NCBI GenBank assembly: GCA_963793865.1
Contig: CAWCBP010000001.1
Span: 928,001 to 992,000, forward strand
Direction: 5' to 3'
Length of the DNA stretch: 64,000 nt
DNA from: an uncultured delta proteobacterium
GTDB taxonomy: Bacteria; Desulfobacterota; WTBG01
Part shown: positions 1 through 10,552 of the stretch, piece after piece
How the letters are laid out: each line of letters starts with the position of its first letter
How positions within the stretch are numbered: position 1 is the first letter of the stretch
Program-made: the position numbers and the translations under genes
The notes under the pieces: model-generated
The model's database searches: none
What the model saw: only the letters and a program-made list of their open reading frames with translations
What the model was told of the DNA's origin: nothing

Positions 1-1
1 C

Positions 2-613
2 GTGCAGCAGCTTGCCCGGGTGAGGCCCGAACACGCTCTCAGGCATCCCAACTGGAAAATGGGGAAAAAAGTCACCGTTGATTCGGCGACGCTCATGAAC
101 AAGGGGCTGGAAGTGATTGAGGCCAGATGGCTTTTTAACATGCCCCTCGAGAAAATACGGGTGTACGTGCATCCCCAGAGCATTGTTCACGCCATGGTTG
201 AGCTGCGCGACGGCAATGTGCTTGCCCATTTATCAAATCCTGACATGAGAGGTCCGATCGGTCATGCACTCTTTTATCCCGACAGCATGCCTGATCACCT
301 GCCGTCGGTCAACCTGGCCCGGATCGGGACCCTGCAATTTTGTGACCCGGATGTAAAAAAATTTCGCTGTCTGCGGCTTGCCTATCTCGCGCTTGAGGCG
401 GGAGAAACCATGCCCGCGGTTTTAAATGCCGCCAATGAGGTGGCGGTCAATGCCTTCCTGAGCCGCCGCATACGCTTTACCGACATACCCGTGGTCAACG
501 AGAAAACCATGGACCGGTTTAAACCCGCCGCAATACATTCCATCGATGACGTATTGACGGCTGATGCCTGGGCACGGCAAAAGGCGGGAGAGGTGATTTT
601 GAGCCTCAACTGA
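2..613 (+). CDS. dxr: 1-deoxy-D-xylulose-5-phosphate reductoisomerase, C-terminal part (5' end outside window)
   Basis: HPNWKMGKKVTVDSATLMNKGLEVIEA and LNAANE motifs; followed by rseP as in the usual dxr-rseP order. Confidence 0.97.
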   Translation: MQQLARVRPEHALRHPNWKMGKKVTVDSATLMNKGLEVIEARWLFNMPLEKIRVYVHPQSIVHAMVELRDGNVLAHLSNPDMRGPIGHALFYPDSMPDHLPSVNLARIGTLQFCDPDVKKFRCLRLAYLALEAGETMPAVLNAANEVAVNAFLSRRIRFTDIPVVNEKTMDRFKPAAIHSIDDVLTADAWARQKAGEVILSLN

Positions 614-664
614 AGGGGCAGCCATACCCACTGCCTCCGGTGAACCAAAACCAGAGATGAGGAT

Positions 665-2203
665 GTGATGATAACCTTGCTGTCGTTCATTATCGTAATC
701 GGGATACTTATTTTTGTGCATGAATTCGGCCATTTTATCGTGGCCAAAAAAACCGGGGTTACGGTTGAGAAATTTTCGCTGGGCTTCGGGCCGAAGCTGA
801 TCGGCTTTGAGAGGGGGGGCACGCAGTACATGCTCTCCGCCGTACCGCTGGGCGGGTATGTAAAATTGAAGGGCGAGAACCCGGATGAAGGCCTGACCAG
901 CGATCCCGGTGAATTCGGTTCGCGCAGCGTCGGGGTGCGGGCAGCAATCGTTGCGGCCGGTCCCTTTATGAACTTTGTGCTTTCCTTCCTGATCATGCCT
1001 TTTGTTTTTCTGATCGGCATTCAGGTTCCCACCTATTTAAATGAAAAGCCGGTTGTGCAGTGGGTTGCTCATAATTCACCCTCCGGGCAGGCCGGTTTGC
1101 AAAAAGGCGATGAGATTCTTGCCGTCGATAACGAGAGGGTCGATAGCTGGAAGATGTTTAACGCGCTGACGCAGATAAATCCCGAAAAGTCAGTTCGGAT
1201 ACAATTCATCCGGGACGGCCGCACCGGGGAAATAACCATACCGCCCTCTCAGACGGCGGAACCGGGCGGTTTGGGAGTGTTTCATTACATTCCGCCCAGG
1301 GTTGCAGCTGTCGTGCCGGATTCGCCGGCCAGCCGCGCCGGCTTGCAGTCTGAAGACGTCGTCGAGGCGATTGACGGGTCTCCGGTCAGCCATTGGATTG
1401 AGCTGTCCGATGCCATAAGGAACTTTACCGGGAACGAGTTGTCACTGGTCATCAGGAGAAATGAGCAGCGCCTGGTTTTTTCCCTGCAGCCGGAGATGGT
1501 GGTGGATGAGATTACAAAGAATTCCCCGGCCGAGGAATCCCGGGTGCAGGTCGGCGACAGGATAGCATCCATAAACGGGAAGGACCCTTCCCGGTATAAG
1601 GATGCACTGCTGCGCGGAATGTTTCCCGCAGATGAGAAAAAGCTTGATCTGAACATTATAAGGGACGGGAGCCGCACGGACATGAGTATTCCGTTGCCGG
1701 CTTCGGGAGACAGCGGCTTGCGGGTGACCGGAAAAATCGGCATCGTGCCGGCTGAGAATCTCACCTTCAAGCGCTATGGCCCCCTTTCCGCCATAAAAGA
1801 AGGATTTAAACAGGCATGGGAAATGACCACGCTGACCGTCTGGGCGCTCGGCAAACTGCTGTCGCTTGACGTTTCCTTCAAGACACTGGGCGGGCCGATC
1901 ATGATCGCAAAAATGACCGGGACCGCCGCAAAGTCCGGGCTGGCCTCCCTGATCATTTTTACCGCCTTCCTGAGCATGAACTTGAGCATTTTAAACCTTT
2001 TGCCGGTTCCCATTCTGGATGGGGGTCACCTCCTCTTTTTCCTTATCGAGTTCATCATCAGGAGGCCGCTCGGGACCAAAAGCATGGAACTGGCACAGAA
2101 GGTGGGACTGGTGCTGCTGATAGTGCTCCTCATCACGGTCACCTATAACGACATTCTCAGGGCGCTGCCTCAAAAATATATTGACTTTTTGCCATGGAAG
2201 TAG
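665..2203 (+). CDS. rseP: RIP metalloprotease RseP (M50) with three PDZ-like repeats
   Basis: HEFGH and NLLPVPILDGG motifs; PDZ-like segments SPSGQAGLQKGD, SPASRAGLQSED, SPAEESRVQVGD. Confidence 0.95.
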   Translation: MMITLLSFIIVIGILIFVHEFGHFIVAKKTGVTVEKFSLGFGPKLIGFERGGTQYMLSAVPLGGYVKLKGENPDEGLTSDPGEFGSRSVGVRAAIVAAGPFMNFVLSFLIMPFVFLIGIQVPTYLNEKPVVQWVAHNSPSGQAGLQKGDEILAVDNERVDSWKMFNALTQINPEKSVRIQFIRDGRTGEITIPPSQTAEPGGLGVFHYIPPRVAAVVPDSPASRAGLQSEDVVEAIDGSPVSHWIELSDAIRNFTGNELSLVIRRNEQRLVFSLQPEMVVDEITKNSPAEESRVQVGDRIASINGKDPSRYKDALLRGMFPADEKKLDLNIIRDGSRTDMSIPLPASGDSGLRVTGKIGIVPAENLTFKRYGPLSAIKEGFKQAWEMTTLTVWALGKLLSLDVSFKTLGGPIMIAKMTGTAAKSGLASLIIFTAFLSMNLSILNLLPVPILDGGHLLFFLIEFIIRRPLGTKSMELAQKVGLVLLIVLLITVTYNDILRALPQKYIDFLPWK

Positions 2204-2252
2204 CCGGCGGGGACTGAAGCGGGAGTATCACAACCGCACCGCTCACACAGCG

Positions 2253-2283
2253 AGGCCTTGCACCCTTACGTGCGGGGCCTTTT
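2253..2283 (+). terminator. possible intrinsic terminator after rseP
   Basis: AGGCCTTGCAC-ccttac-GTGCGGGGCCT stem (with G-U pairs) ending in a short T run. Confidence 0.45.
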
Positions 2284-2334
2284 ACCTGACAGGACTGCCC
2301 GGTTCTCTCAGGCTCTGCAAAGGAAATCACCGGC

Positions 2335-3015
2335 ATGATGGTACTGGCGCTCGAAACCTCCACCCGCATGGGAAGCATAGCGCTTTTGTCGGAGGGGGGG
2401 CTCATTGCTGAATATCAGCTCGGGATCATCCCGTCATATTCTGAAATGCTGCTTCCCCTCATTGACCAGGTTTTGCGCGACTCGGGCATCACCATGAAAG
2501 CCATCGATATCTTTGCCGTTGCGCAGGGACCGGGATCATTTACCGCTTTGCGAATGGGCATGAGCGTCATTTTGGGCTTGTCAATTGCCACACAAAAGCA
2601 TATCATTCCCATTCCGTCACTCGATGGACTCGCCTATAATGCCGGAGCCTGCCAGCATTTGATTTGCCCGATGCTTGACGCGCGAAGGGGCGAAGTCTAT
2701 TACGCCCTGTATCACCAGGGCAGCGGGCACATGCTCAAGCGGCTTACCCCCTACCGGGTTGCAGCGCCCGAAAGAATCGTGCAGGCAATAGAAGACAAAG
2801 CCGTTTTGCTGGGAGACGGTTTCATGCTCCATCGGGACCTTTTTGTGACCGCTCTTCAGGAACGGGCGGTTGTGGCCCCCGAGCATCTTCACTATCCGCG
2901 CGCGTCCGCGATCGGCGCACTTGCCATGCAGCGATTCCGGGAGCACCCTTCCGAGGCACGCTGCCAGCGCGTCATGCCGCTTTACGTCAGGCCTCCCGCT
3001 GCCGAGGCAAAATGA
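2335..3015 (+). CDS. tsaB: tRNA threonylcarbamoyladenosine biosynthesis protein TsaB
   Basis: LALETST start, GPGSFTALR, DARRGEVY and C-terminal PLYVR. Confidence 0.93.
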   Translation: MMVLALETSTRMGSIALLSEGGLIAEYQLGIIPSYSEMLLPLIDQVLRDSGITMKAIDIFAVAQGPGSFTALRMGMSVILGLSIATQKHIIPIPSLDGLAYNAGACQHLICPMLDARRGEVYYALYHQGSGHMLKRLTPYRVAAPERIVQAIEDKAVLLGDGFMLHRDLFVTALQERAVVAPEHLHYPRASAIGALAMQRFREHPSEARCQRVMPLYVRPPAAEAK

Positions 3016-3034
3016 CAAAAAGCAAGATAGTGTA

Positions 3035-3063
3035 TTGACATCTTCCCAAGGCTCTATTAGTAT
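3035..3063 (+). promoter_or_regulatory. sigma70-type promoter for the DUF465-ilv-leu operon
   Basis: TTGACA (3035-3040), 17 nt spacer, TAGTAT (3058-3063). Confidence 0.7.
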
Positions 3064-3115
3064 TCATTATTTATAACGAATCAGAAAACATTGCTAGGTA
3101 AGGGGCGTGACGGGC

Positions 3116-3343
3116 ATGGAGGATAAGGACCGGATTCTCATCGAGAAGCACATTGAGCAAGATGAAGAATTGAAAAAGCAAGTCCTTGAGCACCGGCTGT
3201 TTGAAAAGCAGCTGGAAGAGCTTGAGGGTAAGCATTTTTTGACGGCTGATGAAGAGCTGCAGCAGAAAAGGATAAAAAAACTCAAGCTCGCGGGAAGGGA
3301 TAAGATCGAGTCTATCTTAAAGAAATATCGGGATGGGGACTGA
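3116..3343 (+). CDS. small coiled-coil protein, DUF465/YdcH-like (alternative GTG start 3107)
   Basis: EHRLFEKQL...LTADEELQQKRIKKLKLAGRDKI pattern; position directly upstream of ilvB. Confidence 0.8.
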   Translation: MEDKDRILIEKHIEQDEELKKQVLEHRLFEKQLEELEGKHFLTADEELQQKRIKKLKLAGRDKIESILKKYRDGD

Positions 3344-3355
3344 CAGGCGCAGGAC

Positions 3356-5043
3356 ATGAAGAAATACAGCGGGGCCCAGATACTTTTTGAATGTTTGAAG
3401 CGTGAAGCTGTAACCGATATTTTCGGTTTTCCCGGCGGTGCCGTACTCGACGTGTACCACGAACTTCCCAATTATCCCCTGCGGCACATACTGGTCCGCC
3501 ACGAGCAGGGCGCGGTTCACGCCGCTGATGGATATGCGCGGTCATCCGGCAGACCGGGTGTGTGCCTGGTTACCTCGGGGCCCGGAGCAACCAACACGGT
3601 AACGGGAATAGCCACGGCATACATGGATTCAATCCCTCTGGTTGTTTTCACGGGGCAGGTTCCCACCATGCTGATCGGTAACGATGCCTTCCAGGAGGCT
3701 GACATCGTCGGCATCACGCTCCCCTGTACCAAGCACAGCTACCTGGTGGAACGGGTTGAAGATCTGGCCACAACCATTAAAGAGGCCTTCCATATTGCGT
3801 GCAGCGGGAGACCCGGGCCGGTTCTCATTGACCTGCCCAAAAACATGCTCAGGTCAACAACCTCATTTACCTATCCGGACCGGGTCAGTCTGCCCGGATA
3901 CAACCCCAACATTTCAGGTCACATCAAACAGGTCAGGCGGGCCTTTGATGAGATTACCCGTGCCGTCAGGCCGGTCATTTATGCCGGAGGGGGCGTCATA
4001 TCTTCGGACGCCTCGAAGGAGCTGACCGCCTTCGCTCACGCCCTGCGCATACCGGTGACCACCACCCTCATGGGATTGGGAGGATTCCCCGGAACCGACC
4101 CGCTTTTTTAGGAATGCTGGGCATGCACGGCACATACAGCGCCAACATGGCCGTTACCAACTGTGATGTGCTGATAGCCGTGGGCGCCCGTTTCGATGAC
4201 CGCGTGACCGGCGACATCAGTAAATTTGCCTCCCATGCCAAAATTGTTCACATTGATATTGATCCCACCTCCATCAGCAAGAACGTGCAGGTGGACATAC
4301 CCATTGTCGGGGATGCAAAGGATATTCTCAAAAAACTGCTCGCGCTTGCGGAGGAAGAGAAGCAGCGTGATTATCAGTCCGGGACAAAAGACTGGTTGGC
4401 TCAAATTGAGACGTGGCAGTCCACCCACGGCATGTCCTACGAAAAAGGCGGATCCATCAAGCCGCAATGCGTGGTTGAGGAGATCTACCGGCTTACCAGG
4501 GGAAAGGCAATCATCACCACCGAGGTCGGGCAGAACCAGATGTGGACCGCCCAGTACTACAAGTTTGACTGGCCAAGAAAACTGCTCACCTCCGGGGGGC
4601 TGGGGACCATGGGCTACGGATTTCCTGCTGCCATCGGGGCCCAGGTGGCCTTTCCGCGCGAAACGGTCATCGACATCGCCGGGGACGGAAGCATACAGAT
4701 GAATATTCAGGAGCTTGCAACCGCGGTTCAATACAAGCTCCCGGTCAAGATTGCCATACTCAACAACTGCTATCTGGGCATGGTCCGGCAATGGCAGGAG
4801 CTGTTCTATAACAAAAACTATTCAGCGACCCACCTCTCCACCTCTCCTGATTTTGTCAAGCTGGCGGAGGCCTACGGCGCGGTCGGCTTGCGGGCCTCCA
4901 GGCCGGAAGAGGTTACGCCCACCATAAAAAAGGCACTGGCGACCCCTCACACCGTGGTTATCGATTTCCAGGTTGATCCGGAGGCGGGTGTCTATCCCAT
5001 CGTTCCCGCGGGCGCGTCGCTGGACAACATGATTCTGCTCTAA
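3356..5043 (+). pseudogene. ilvB: acetolactate synthase large subunit, split by a one-base frameshift (ORFs 3356-4111 and 4114-5043); may be a sequencing error
   Basis: RHEQGA and TSGPGATN in part 1, [11 protein letters not shown] motif in part 2; adding one T to the T6 run at 4104-4109 restores [12 protein letters not shown] and a 562-aa protein. Confidence 0.9.
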
Positions 5044-5055
5044 CGGGGAAGGCTG

Positions 5056-5580
5056 ATGAAGCATACCATCTCACTGCTGGTTGAAAACAAGCCCGGCGTT
5101 CTTTCACGGGTGGCGGGGCTCTTCAGCGGACGGGGATTTAACATTGAAAGCCTGTCGGTGGCCGAAACCATTGACCCCCATATTTCGCGCATGACCATTC
5201 TGACCTCGGGCAACGACCAGGTACTGGAGCAGATAACCAAACAGCTCAACAAGCTGATCAACGTCATCAAGGTGGTTGATTTCAAGAGCAATGAATATGT
5301 CGCCCGCGAACTTGCGCTGATCAAGGTCTCCATCACCGAAGGAACCCGGTCGGAGGTTTTGAGCATCGTCGGCATCTTCAGGGGCAAGGTTGTCGATGTC
5401 AGCGCCGAAAGCTATACCATCGAAATAACCGGTGACGAGGAAAAGGTGCAGGCCATTATTGATCTGTTCAGGCCCATGGGCATTAAGGAGATCGCGCGCA
5501 CCGGCTGTGCCGCGCTGACCCGGGGCAGCAAAATTAAAACCGGAAAGGATAAAAGCGGTTCGGCAGTTCGGGAAAAGTAA
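5056..5580 (+). CDS. ilvN: acetolactate synthase small (regulatory) subunit
   Basis: LVENKPGVLSRVAGLFSGRGFNIESLSV ACT domain; EIARTG. Confidence 0.96.
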   Translation: MKHTISLLVENKPGVLSRVAGLFSGRGFNIESLSVAETIDPHISRMTILTSGNDQVLEQITKQLNKLINVIKVVDFKSNEYVARELALIKVSITEGTRSEVLSIVGIFRGKVVDVSAESYTIEITGDEEKVQAIIDLFRPMGIKEIARTGCAALTRGSKIKTGKDKSGSAVREK

Positions 5581-5632
5581 CCGATAACCAGGCTCAGCCC
5601 CACGGGCGGGAGCGGAAGAGGAGGATGCAAAC

Positions 5633-6733
5633 ATGGCGGTTATTAATTTTGGCGGGGTTAAGGAAAAGGTGGTAATGCGCAGTGAATTTCCCATGGCCAG
5701 GGCGCGCAGGGTGCTCAAGAAGGAAACGGTGGCCGTTATCGGCTATGGCGTTCAGGGCCCTGCCCAGGCACTGAACATGAAAGACAACGGATTTAATGTC
5801 ATTGTCGGGCAGTCCAAGGCTTACAAGAAGGACTGGAACCGGGCCGTTCAGGACGGCTGGGTGCCGGGACGCACCCTCTTTGACATCGAAGAAGCGGCAC
5901 GCCGCGGAACCATTATTGAAATGCTTGTTTCCGACGCGGCCCAGAAGGCGATCTGGCCGGTTATCAAGAAGAATCTCAATCCGGGAGACGCCCTCTATTT
6001 TTCACACGGTTTTTCCATCGTCTATAAAAAACTGACGGGCGTGATACCGCCCAAATATGTTGATGTCATCATGGTTGCCCCCAAGGGGTCCGGCACCTCG
6101 CTTCGACGCAATTTTCTTTCCGGGGCGGGAATCAATGCCAGCTTCGCGGTTGAGCAGGACGCAACCGGTAAGGCCTGGGACCGCTGCGTTGCGCTGGGCA
6201 TCGCCATCGGCTCCGCCTATCTCTTTCCCACGACCTTCAAACATGAGGTGTACAGCGATTTGACCGGCGAGCGCGGCGTTCTCATGGGGGCGCTTGCAGG
6301 CATCATGGAGGCGCAATACGAGGTTTTCCGCAGGCACGGTCACAGTCCCAGCGAGGCGTTTAATGAAACGGTTGAGGAATTGACTCAGAGTCTGATAAAG
6401 CTGGTGGCTGAGAACGGCATGGACTGGATGTATCTCAACTGTTCCGCGACCGCTCAGCGGGGCGCGCTGGACTGGAAACCGAAATTCAAGAAAGCGGTCA
6501 TGCCCGTCTTTCAGGACCTGTACCGGAAGGTTATCCGGGGGGATGAAACACGCAGGGTGCTGACCTCGTGCGGAAAGCCGGATTACCAGCGGCAGCTGGC
6601 AAAAGAGTTACAGGCCATGGCCAACTCGGAAATGTGGCTGGCAGGCAAAGCGACGCGTGACCTGCGTCCTGCCGAAGAGAAGGGTGCCAGGCCCGGGACG
6701 AGAAAGGGCGTTGCCGGACGCCTGACCTATTAG
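5633..6733 (+). CDS. ilvC: ketol-acid reductoisomerase
   Basis: VIGYGVQGPAQALN Rossmann motif, FSHGF, MVAPKGSG, EVYSDLTGERGVLMG. Confidence 0.96.
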   Translation: MAVINFGGVKEKVVMRSEFPMARARRVLKKETVAVIGYGVQGPAQALNMKDNGFNVIVGQSKAYKKDWNRAVQDGWVPGRTLFDIEEAARRGTIIEMLVSDAAQKAIWPVIKKNLNPGDALYFSHGFSIVYKKLTGVIPPKYVDVIMVAPKGSGTSLRRNFLSGAGINASFAVEQDATGKAWDRCVALGIAIGSAYLFPTTFKHEVYSDLTGERGVLMGALAGIMEAQYEVFRRHGHSPSEAFNETVEELTQSLIKLVAENGMDWMYLNCSATAQRGALDWKPKFKKAVMPVFQDLYRKVIRGDETRRVLTSCGKPDYQRQLAKELQAMANSEMWLAGKATRDLRPAEEKGARPGTRKGVAGRLTY

Positions 6734-6812
6734 ACTTCTGCGCGATGTCACAGCGCTGAAGGATGCTGTGTGGATGGCCATGTAAAGCTGACAGTCAAGG
6801 AGATCGTTGCCA

Positions 6813-7574
6813 ATGAGCAGAGGCAAGGGGCGCAAAAAGTTTAAAAAGGGCGTTTTTATATTGCCGAGCATCTTCACCTCCCTCAACCTGTTTTGCGCGT
6901 TTTACTCAATCACCGCCTCCCTGCAGGGCCATTTTCTCCAGGCTTCATGGGCAATCATCATAGCGGCCGCGTTTGACGCGGTGGATGGCCGGATCGCCCG
7001 GCTTACCCATTCCGTCAGCAAATTCGGCGAGGAATATGATTCGCTGGTGGACATGGTCAGCTTCGGAATAGCGCCCGCCCTCATGGTCTACTTGAGTTCG
7101 CTCAGGGTGTTCGGCAGATGGGGCTGGCTGGCGGCCTTCCTTTTCATCATCTGCGTGGCGCTGAGGCTGGCGCGCTTTAATGTTCATTTGAAATTCATCG
7201 ACAGCAAGTTTTTCCAGGGGCTGCCCAGCCCGCCGTCGGCGGGCATGCTGGCCACCACGGTTATCTTTTTGAACAGCGTGGGCATCCTGGATGTCAAAAT
7301 CAAGGCCATGCCGGTGATGACCTGCCTGCTGGCACTGCTCATGGTCAGCAACATACGCTATTATAGCTTCAAGGATTTTAATTTTCGCAAAAGAAGGCCC
7401 TTCAGCGTCCTGGTGGCGCTGGTGCTGATTCTGGTTCTTCTCCTGGGCGAGCCGGAAATCATTTTATTCGGCGCATCAGCCGCCTACGCCCTTTCAGGAC
7501 CTGTTGCCTTTCTTGTAACCCTGAGGCGGAGGAAGCCGGCGGTTGAACTTGCTGAAGAGACAAAGTATTATTGA
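6813..7574 (+). CDS. pssA: CDP-diacylglycerol--serine O-phosphatidyltransferase
   Basis: DAVDGRIAR...FGEEYDSLVDMVSFGIAPA CDP-alcohol phosphotransferase motif; RLARFN; FQGLPSP. Confidence 0.93.
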   Translation: MSRGKGRKKFKKGVFILPSIFTSLNLFCAFYSITASLQGHFLQASWAIIIAAAFDAVDGRIARLTHSVSKFGEEYDSLVDMVSFGIAPALMVYLSSLRVFGRWGWLAAFLFIICVALRLARFNVHLKFIDSKFFQGLPSPPSAGMLATTVIFLNSVGILDVKIKAMPVMTCLLALLMVSNIRYYSFKDFNFRKRRPFSVLVALVLILVLLLGEPEIILFGASAAYALSGPVAFLVTLRRRKPAVELAEETKYY

Positions 7575-7620
7575 TGGCAGCTGACGGAGCAGGCCTGCTG
7601 CAATGGTAACGAGGTGTTGA

Positions 7621-9150
7621 GTGGAACGGATAAGAATTTTTGATACCACCCTGCGGGACGGTGAGCAGTCCCCGGGGTTCAGCATGAACATCAATGAGAA
7701 GATCACCATGGCGCGCCAGCTGGAAAAGCTTGGCGTTGACATCATTGAGGCAGGCTTTCCCATGGCTTCGCAGGGGGATTTTGAGGCGGTGAGTCAGATC
7801 GCCCGGGCGGTCAGCGGCGTTCAGGTTGCCGGGCTGGCCCGTGCCAATGAAAGGGACATTGACCGGGCGTGGGAGGCAATCAGCTCAGCGCGCATGCCGC
7901 GCATTCATACCTTCATTTCAACCTCTGACATACATCTGACCCATCAGCTGCGCAAGAGCAGGGAAGAAGTGCTGGCCATGACCTCGGCGGCCGTCAGGCG
8001 GGCAAAATCCTATACCGAAAATGTTGAATTCTCGGCCATGGATGCGACCAGAAGCGATCGGGATTTTCTCTGCCGGGTAATCGAGGCGGCCATCGATGCC
8101 GGGGCGACCACCGTAAACATACCGGATACGGTGGGCTATGCCGTCCCCTCGGAGTTCGGAGCGCTCATAGGCTACCTGAAGGAGCATGTTCCCGCCATTG
8201 ACCGGGCGGTCATCAGCGTTCACTGCCACAACGACCTCGGGCTGGCCACGGCCAACGCCATCGCCGCCGTTCAGAACGGAGCGCGCCAGATTGAGTGCAC
8301 CATCAACGGGATCGGCGAGCGGGCAGGGAACACCTCGCTGGAAGAAGCGGTCATGATTCTCTATACCCGGAAAGACCTCATAAATCTCTCCACCGGCATC
8401 AGAACAGCTGAATTATACACCACCAGCCGCCTTCTGACCAGGATCACCGGCGTGGCGGTGCAGCCGAACAAGGCCATCGTCGGCGCAAATGCATTTGCCC
8501 ACGAGTCGGGCATCCACACCGATGGCCTGCTGAAGGACAAGCTTACCTATGAAATCATGACCCCTGAGTCGGTCGGTGTGGTCAAGAGCAGCCTGGTTCT
8601 GGGAAAGCACTCCGGCCGGCATGCCATGAAGGATGAGCTGCAGAAACGGGGATATGAGCTCAGCGATGAGACGGTTAACAAGATATTCGAGCGCTTTAAG
8701 GATCTGGCGGACAAGAAAAAGGATCTGTACGACGAAGACCTGGAAACCATCGTCGCGGAAATTGTCCTGCGCGCGCCGGAAAAATACAAGCTCATCAATT
8801 TGAACGTGGTCAGCGGCAGCTTTGCCATTCCAACCGCAACCGTGCAGATGGAGGTTGAGGGAGAGCTTATCAAGGATGTGGGAATGGGCGACGGTCCGGT
8901 TGACGCCGCGTTTAAAACCATTGCCAAAATAACCCGCACCAAAAGCACGCTGCTCAAGTACAGCGTCGACGCCATAACCGGCGGCACAGATGCGCAGGGG
9001 GTCGTCACCGTGCGGCTTGAGGAAGACGGCCGTGAAATCGTGGGCCGGGGCGCGCACAATGACATCATCATGGCCAGCGTGCTTGCATATCTCAACGCGC
9101 TGAACCGGCTGGAGCACATAAAGCAAAGCCCTATCAAGAGCTACCTGTAG
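7621..9150 (+). CDS. leuA: 2-isopropylmalate synthase
   Basis: DTTLRDGEQSPG, HCHNDLG, GIGERAGN, C-terminal GPVDA regulatory domain. Confidence 0.96.
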   Translation: MERIRIFDTTLRDGEQSPGFSMNINEKITMARQLEKLGVDIIEAGFPMASQGDFEAVSQIARAVSGVQVAGLARANERDIDRAWEAISSARMPRIHTFISTSDIHLTHQLRKSREEVLAMTSAAVRRAKSYTENVEFSAMDATRSDRDFLCRVIEAAIDAGATTVNIPDTVGYAVPSEFGALIGYLKEHVPAIDRAVISVHCHNDLGLATANAIAAVQNGARQIECTINGIGERAGNTSLEEAVMILYTRKDLINLSTGIRTAELYTTSRLLTRITGVAVQPNKAIVGANAFAHESGIHTDGLLKDKLTYEIMTPESVGVVKSSLVLGKHSGRHAMKDELQKRGYELSDETVNKIFERFKDLADKKKDLYDEDLETIVAEIVLRAPEKYKLINLNVVSGSFAIPTATVQMEVEGELIKDVGMGDGPVDAAFKTIAKITRTKSTLLKYSVDAITGGTDAQGVVTVRLEEDGREIVGRGAHNDIIMASVLAYLNALNRLEHIKQSPIKSYL

Positions 9151-9268
9151 CTTCACCCACGGCAAGAACCTTTTTTTAATGCCCCCAGTGAGACGGTGAA
9201 CCTGTTCTTGCCTCTTTGCAGCACTTTCCGGATTACCTGGGTCATAACAGTAAAAGGTCACATCAACG

Positions 9269-10552
9269 ATGGGAATGACCATAACTGAAAAAATACTGGC
9301 GGCGCACGCGCACCTGGAAAAGGTGTCGCCGGGACAGTTGATCAGGGCGAGGGTGGACCTTGTGCTTGCCAATGACATCACCGCCCCCCTGGCCATCGAA
9401 CAGTTCCGGAAGGCGGGATCCGCCCGCGTGTTTGATAAGGATAAAATCGTGCTGGTGCTTGACCATTTTGCGCCAAACAAGGACATCCTCTCCGCGGAGC
9501 AGTGCCGCTTCGTCAGGGAATTTGCCCGGGAGCAGAACCTCACCAACTTTTTTGAGGGCGGCGACATGGGAATAGAACATGCACTGCTGCCTGAAAAAGG
9601 TCTGGTTAAACCGGGGCAGGTAATCATCGGCGCCGACAGTCACACCTGCACCTACGGCGCGCTGGGCGCTTTTGCCACGGGCGTGGGCAGCACCGATGTG
9701 GCCGCGGCCATGATAACCGGTAAAACCTGGTTCAGAATTCCGGAATCAATCAAGATTGTTTTTACCGGGCGCCTGAGGCCATGGGTGGGGGGAAAGGATC
9801 TCATTCTCCGCGTCATCGGCGACATCGGTGTCGACGGCGCCCTGTATAAGGCCATGGAATTTACCGGGGAAGTCATCGACGGACTGCCCATGCCGGACCG
9901 GCTGAGCATGGCCAACATGGTTATCGAGGCGGGAGCGAAATGCGGCATAATGCCGCCCGATGCGGTGACACGCGCTTATTTGAATGAACGCCTGCCGTCT
10001 GCGGATCAGGGGCAGTTCATGACCGGTGACGAAGACGCCGTCTACGCTGACGTCAGGGAGTACTGCGTCACCGACATGGAACCCCAGGTGGCATTTCCCC
10101 ACTCCCCGGAGAATGTGCATGGCATCAGCAGCATCGCACGGATTCCCATTGACCAGGCCGTCATCGGCAGCTGTACCAACGGCCGGCTTGAAGACCTCAA
10201 ATCAGCTGCGCAGGTATTGCAGGGCCGAAGGGCCGCCCCCGGGGTCAGACTGATTATCATACCCGCGACCCCCTGGATTTATGAGCAGGCCATGCGCCTG
10301 GGCTACCTGGAGACATTCATAAAGTCCCGGGCGGTTATCAGCCCGCCAACCTGCGGTCCCTGCCTGGGAGGTCACATGGGCATCCTGGCAAAAGGGGAAA
10401 GGGCCATTGCCACAACCAACCGCAACTTTGTCGGACGGATGGGACACGCGGAAAGTGAGGTCTATCTGTCAAACCCTGCGGTGGCGGCGGCGTCGGCCGT
10501 GGCCGGTTACATTTGCGGTCCTGAGCACATAGGGGTTAGGGATCAGTCATGA
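9269..10552 (+). CDS. leuC: 3-isopropylmalate dehydratase large subunit (short, homoaconitase-like subfamily)
   Basis: GADSHTCTYGA, IGSCTNGR, CGPCLGGHMG, TTNRNF. Confidence 0.94.
   Translation: MGMTITEKILAAHAHLEKVSPGQLIRARVDLVLANDITAPLAIEQFRKAGSARVFDKDKIVLVLDHFAPNKDILSAEQCRFVREFAREQNLTNFFEGGDMGIEHALLPEKGLVKPGQVIIGADSHTCTYGALGAFATGVGSTDVAAAMITGKTWFRIPESIKIVFTGRLRPWVGGKDLILRVIGDIGVDGALYKAMEFTGEVIDGLPMPDRLSMANMVIEAGAKCGIMPPDAVTRAYLNERLPSADQGQFMTGDEDAVYADVREYCVTDMEPQVAFPHSPENVHGISSIARIPIDQAVIGSCTNGRLEDLKSAAQVLQGRRAAPGVRLIIIPATPWIYEQAMRLGYLETFIKSRAVISPPTCGPCLGGHMGILAKGERAIATTNRNFVGRMGHAESEVYLSNPAVAAASAVAGYICGPEHIGVRDQS

Noticed and set aside
9161..9212. Inverted repeat GGCAAGAAC...GTTCTTGCC between leuA and leuC
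   Set aside because: Long loop and no clear U-tract or leader peptide; function unsupported
8413..9627. 404-aa minus-strand ORF and the many similar long antisense ORFs
   Set aside because: Shadow frames of GC-rich housekeeping genes (leuA/leuC and others); no motifs or RBS
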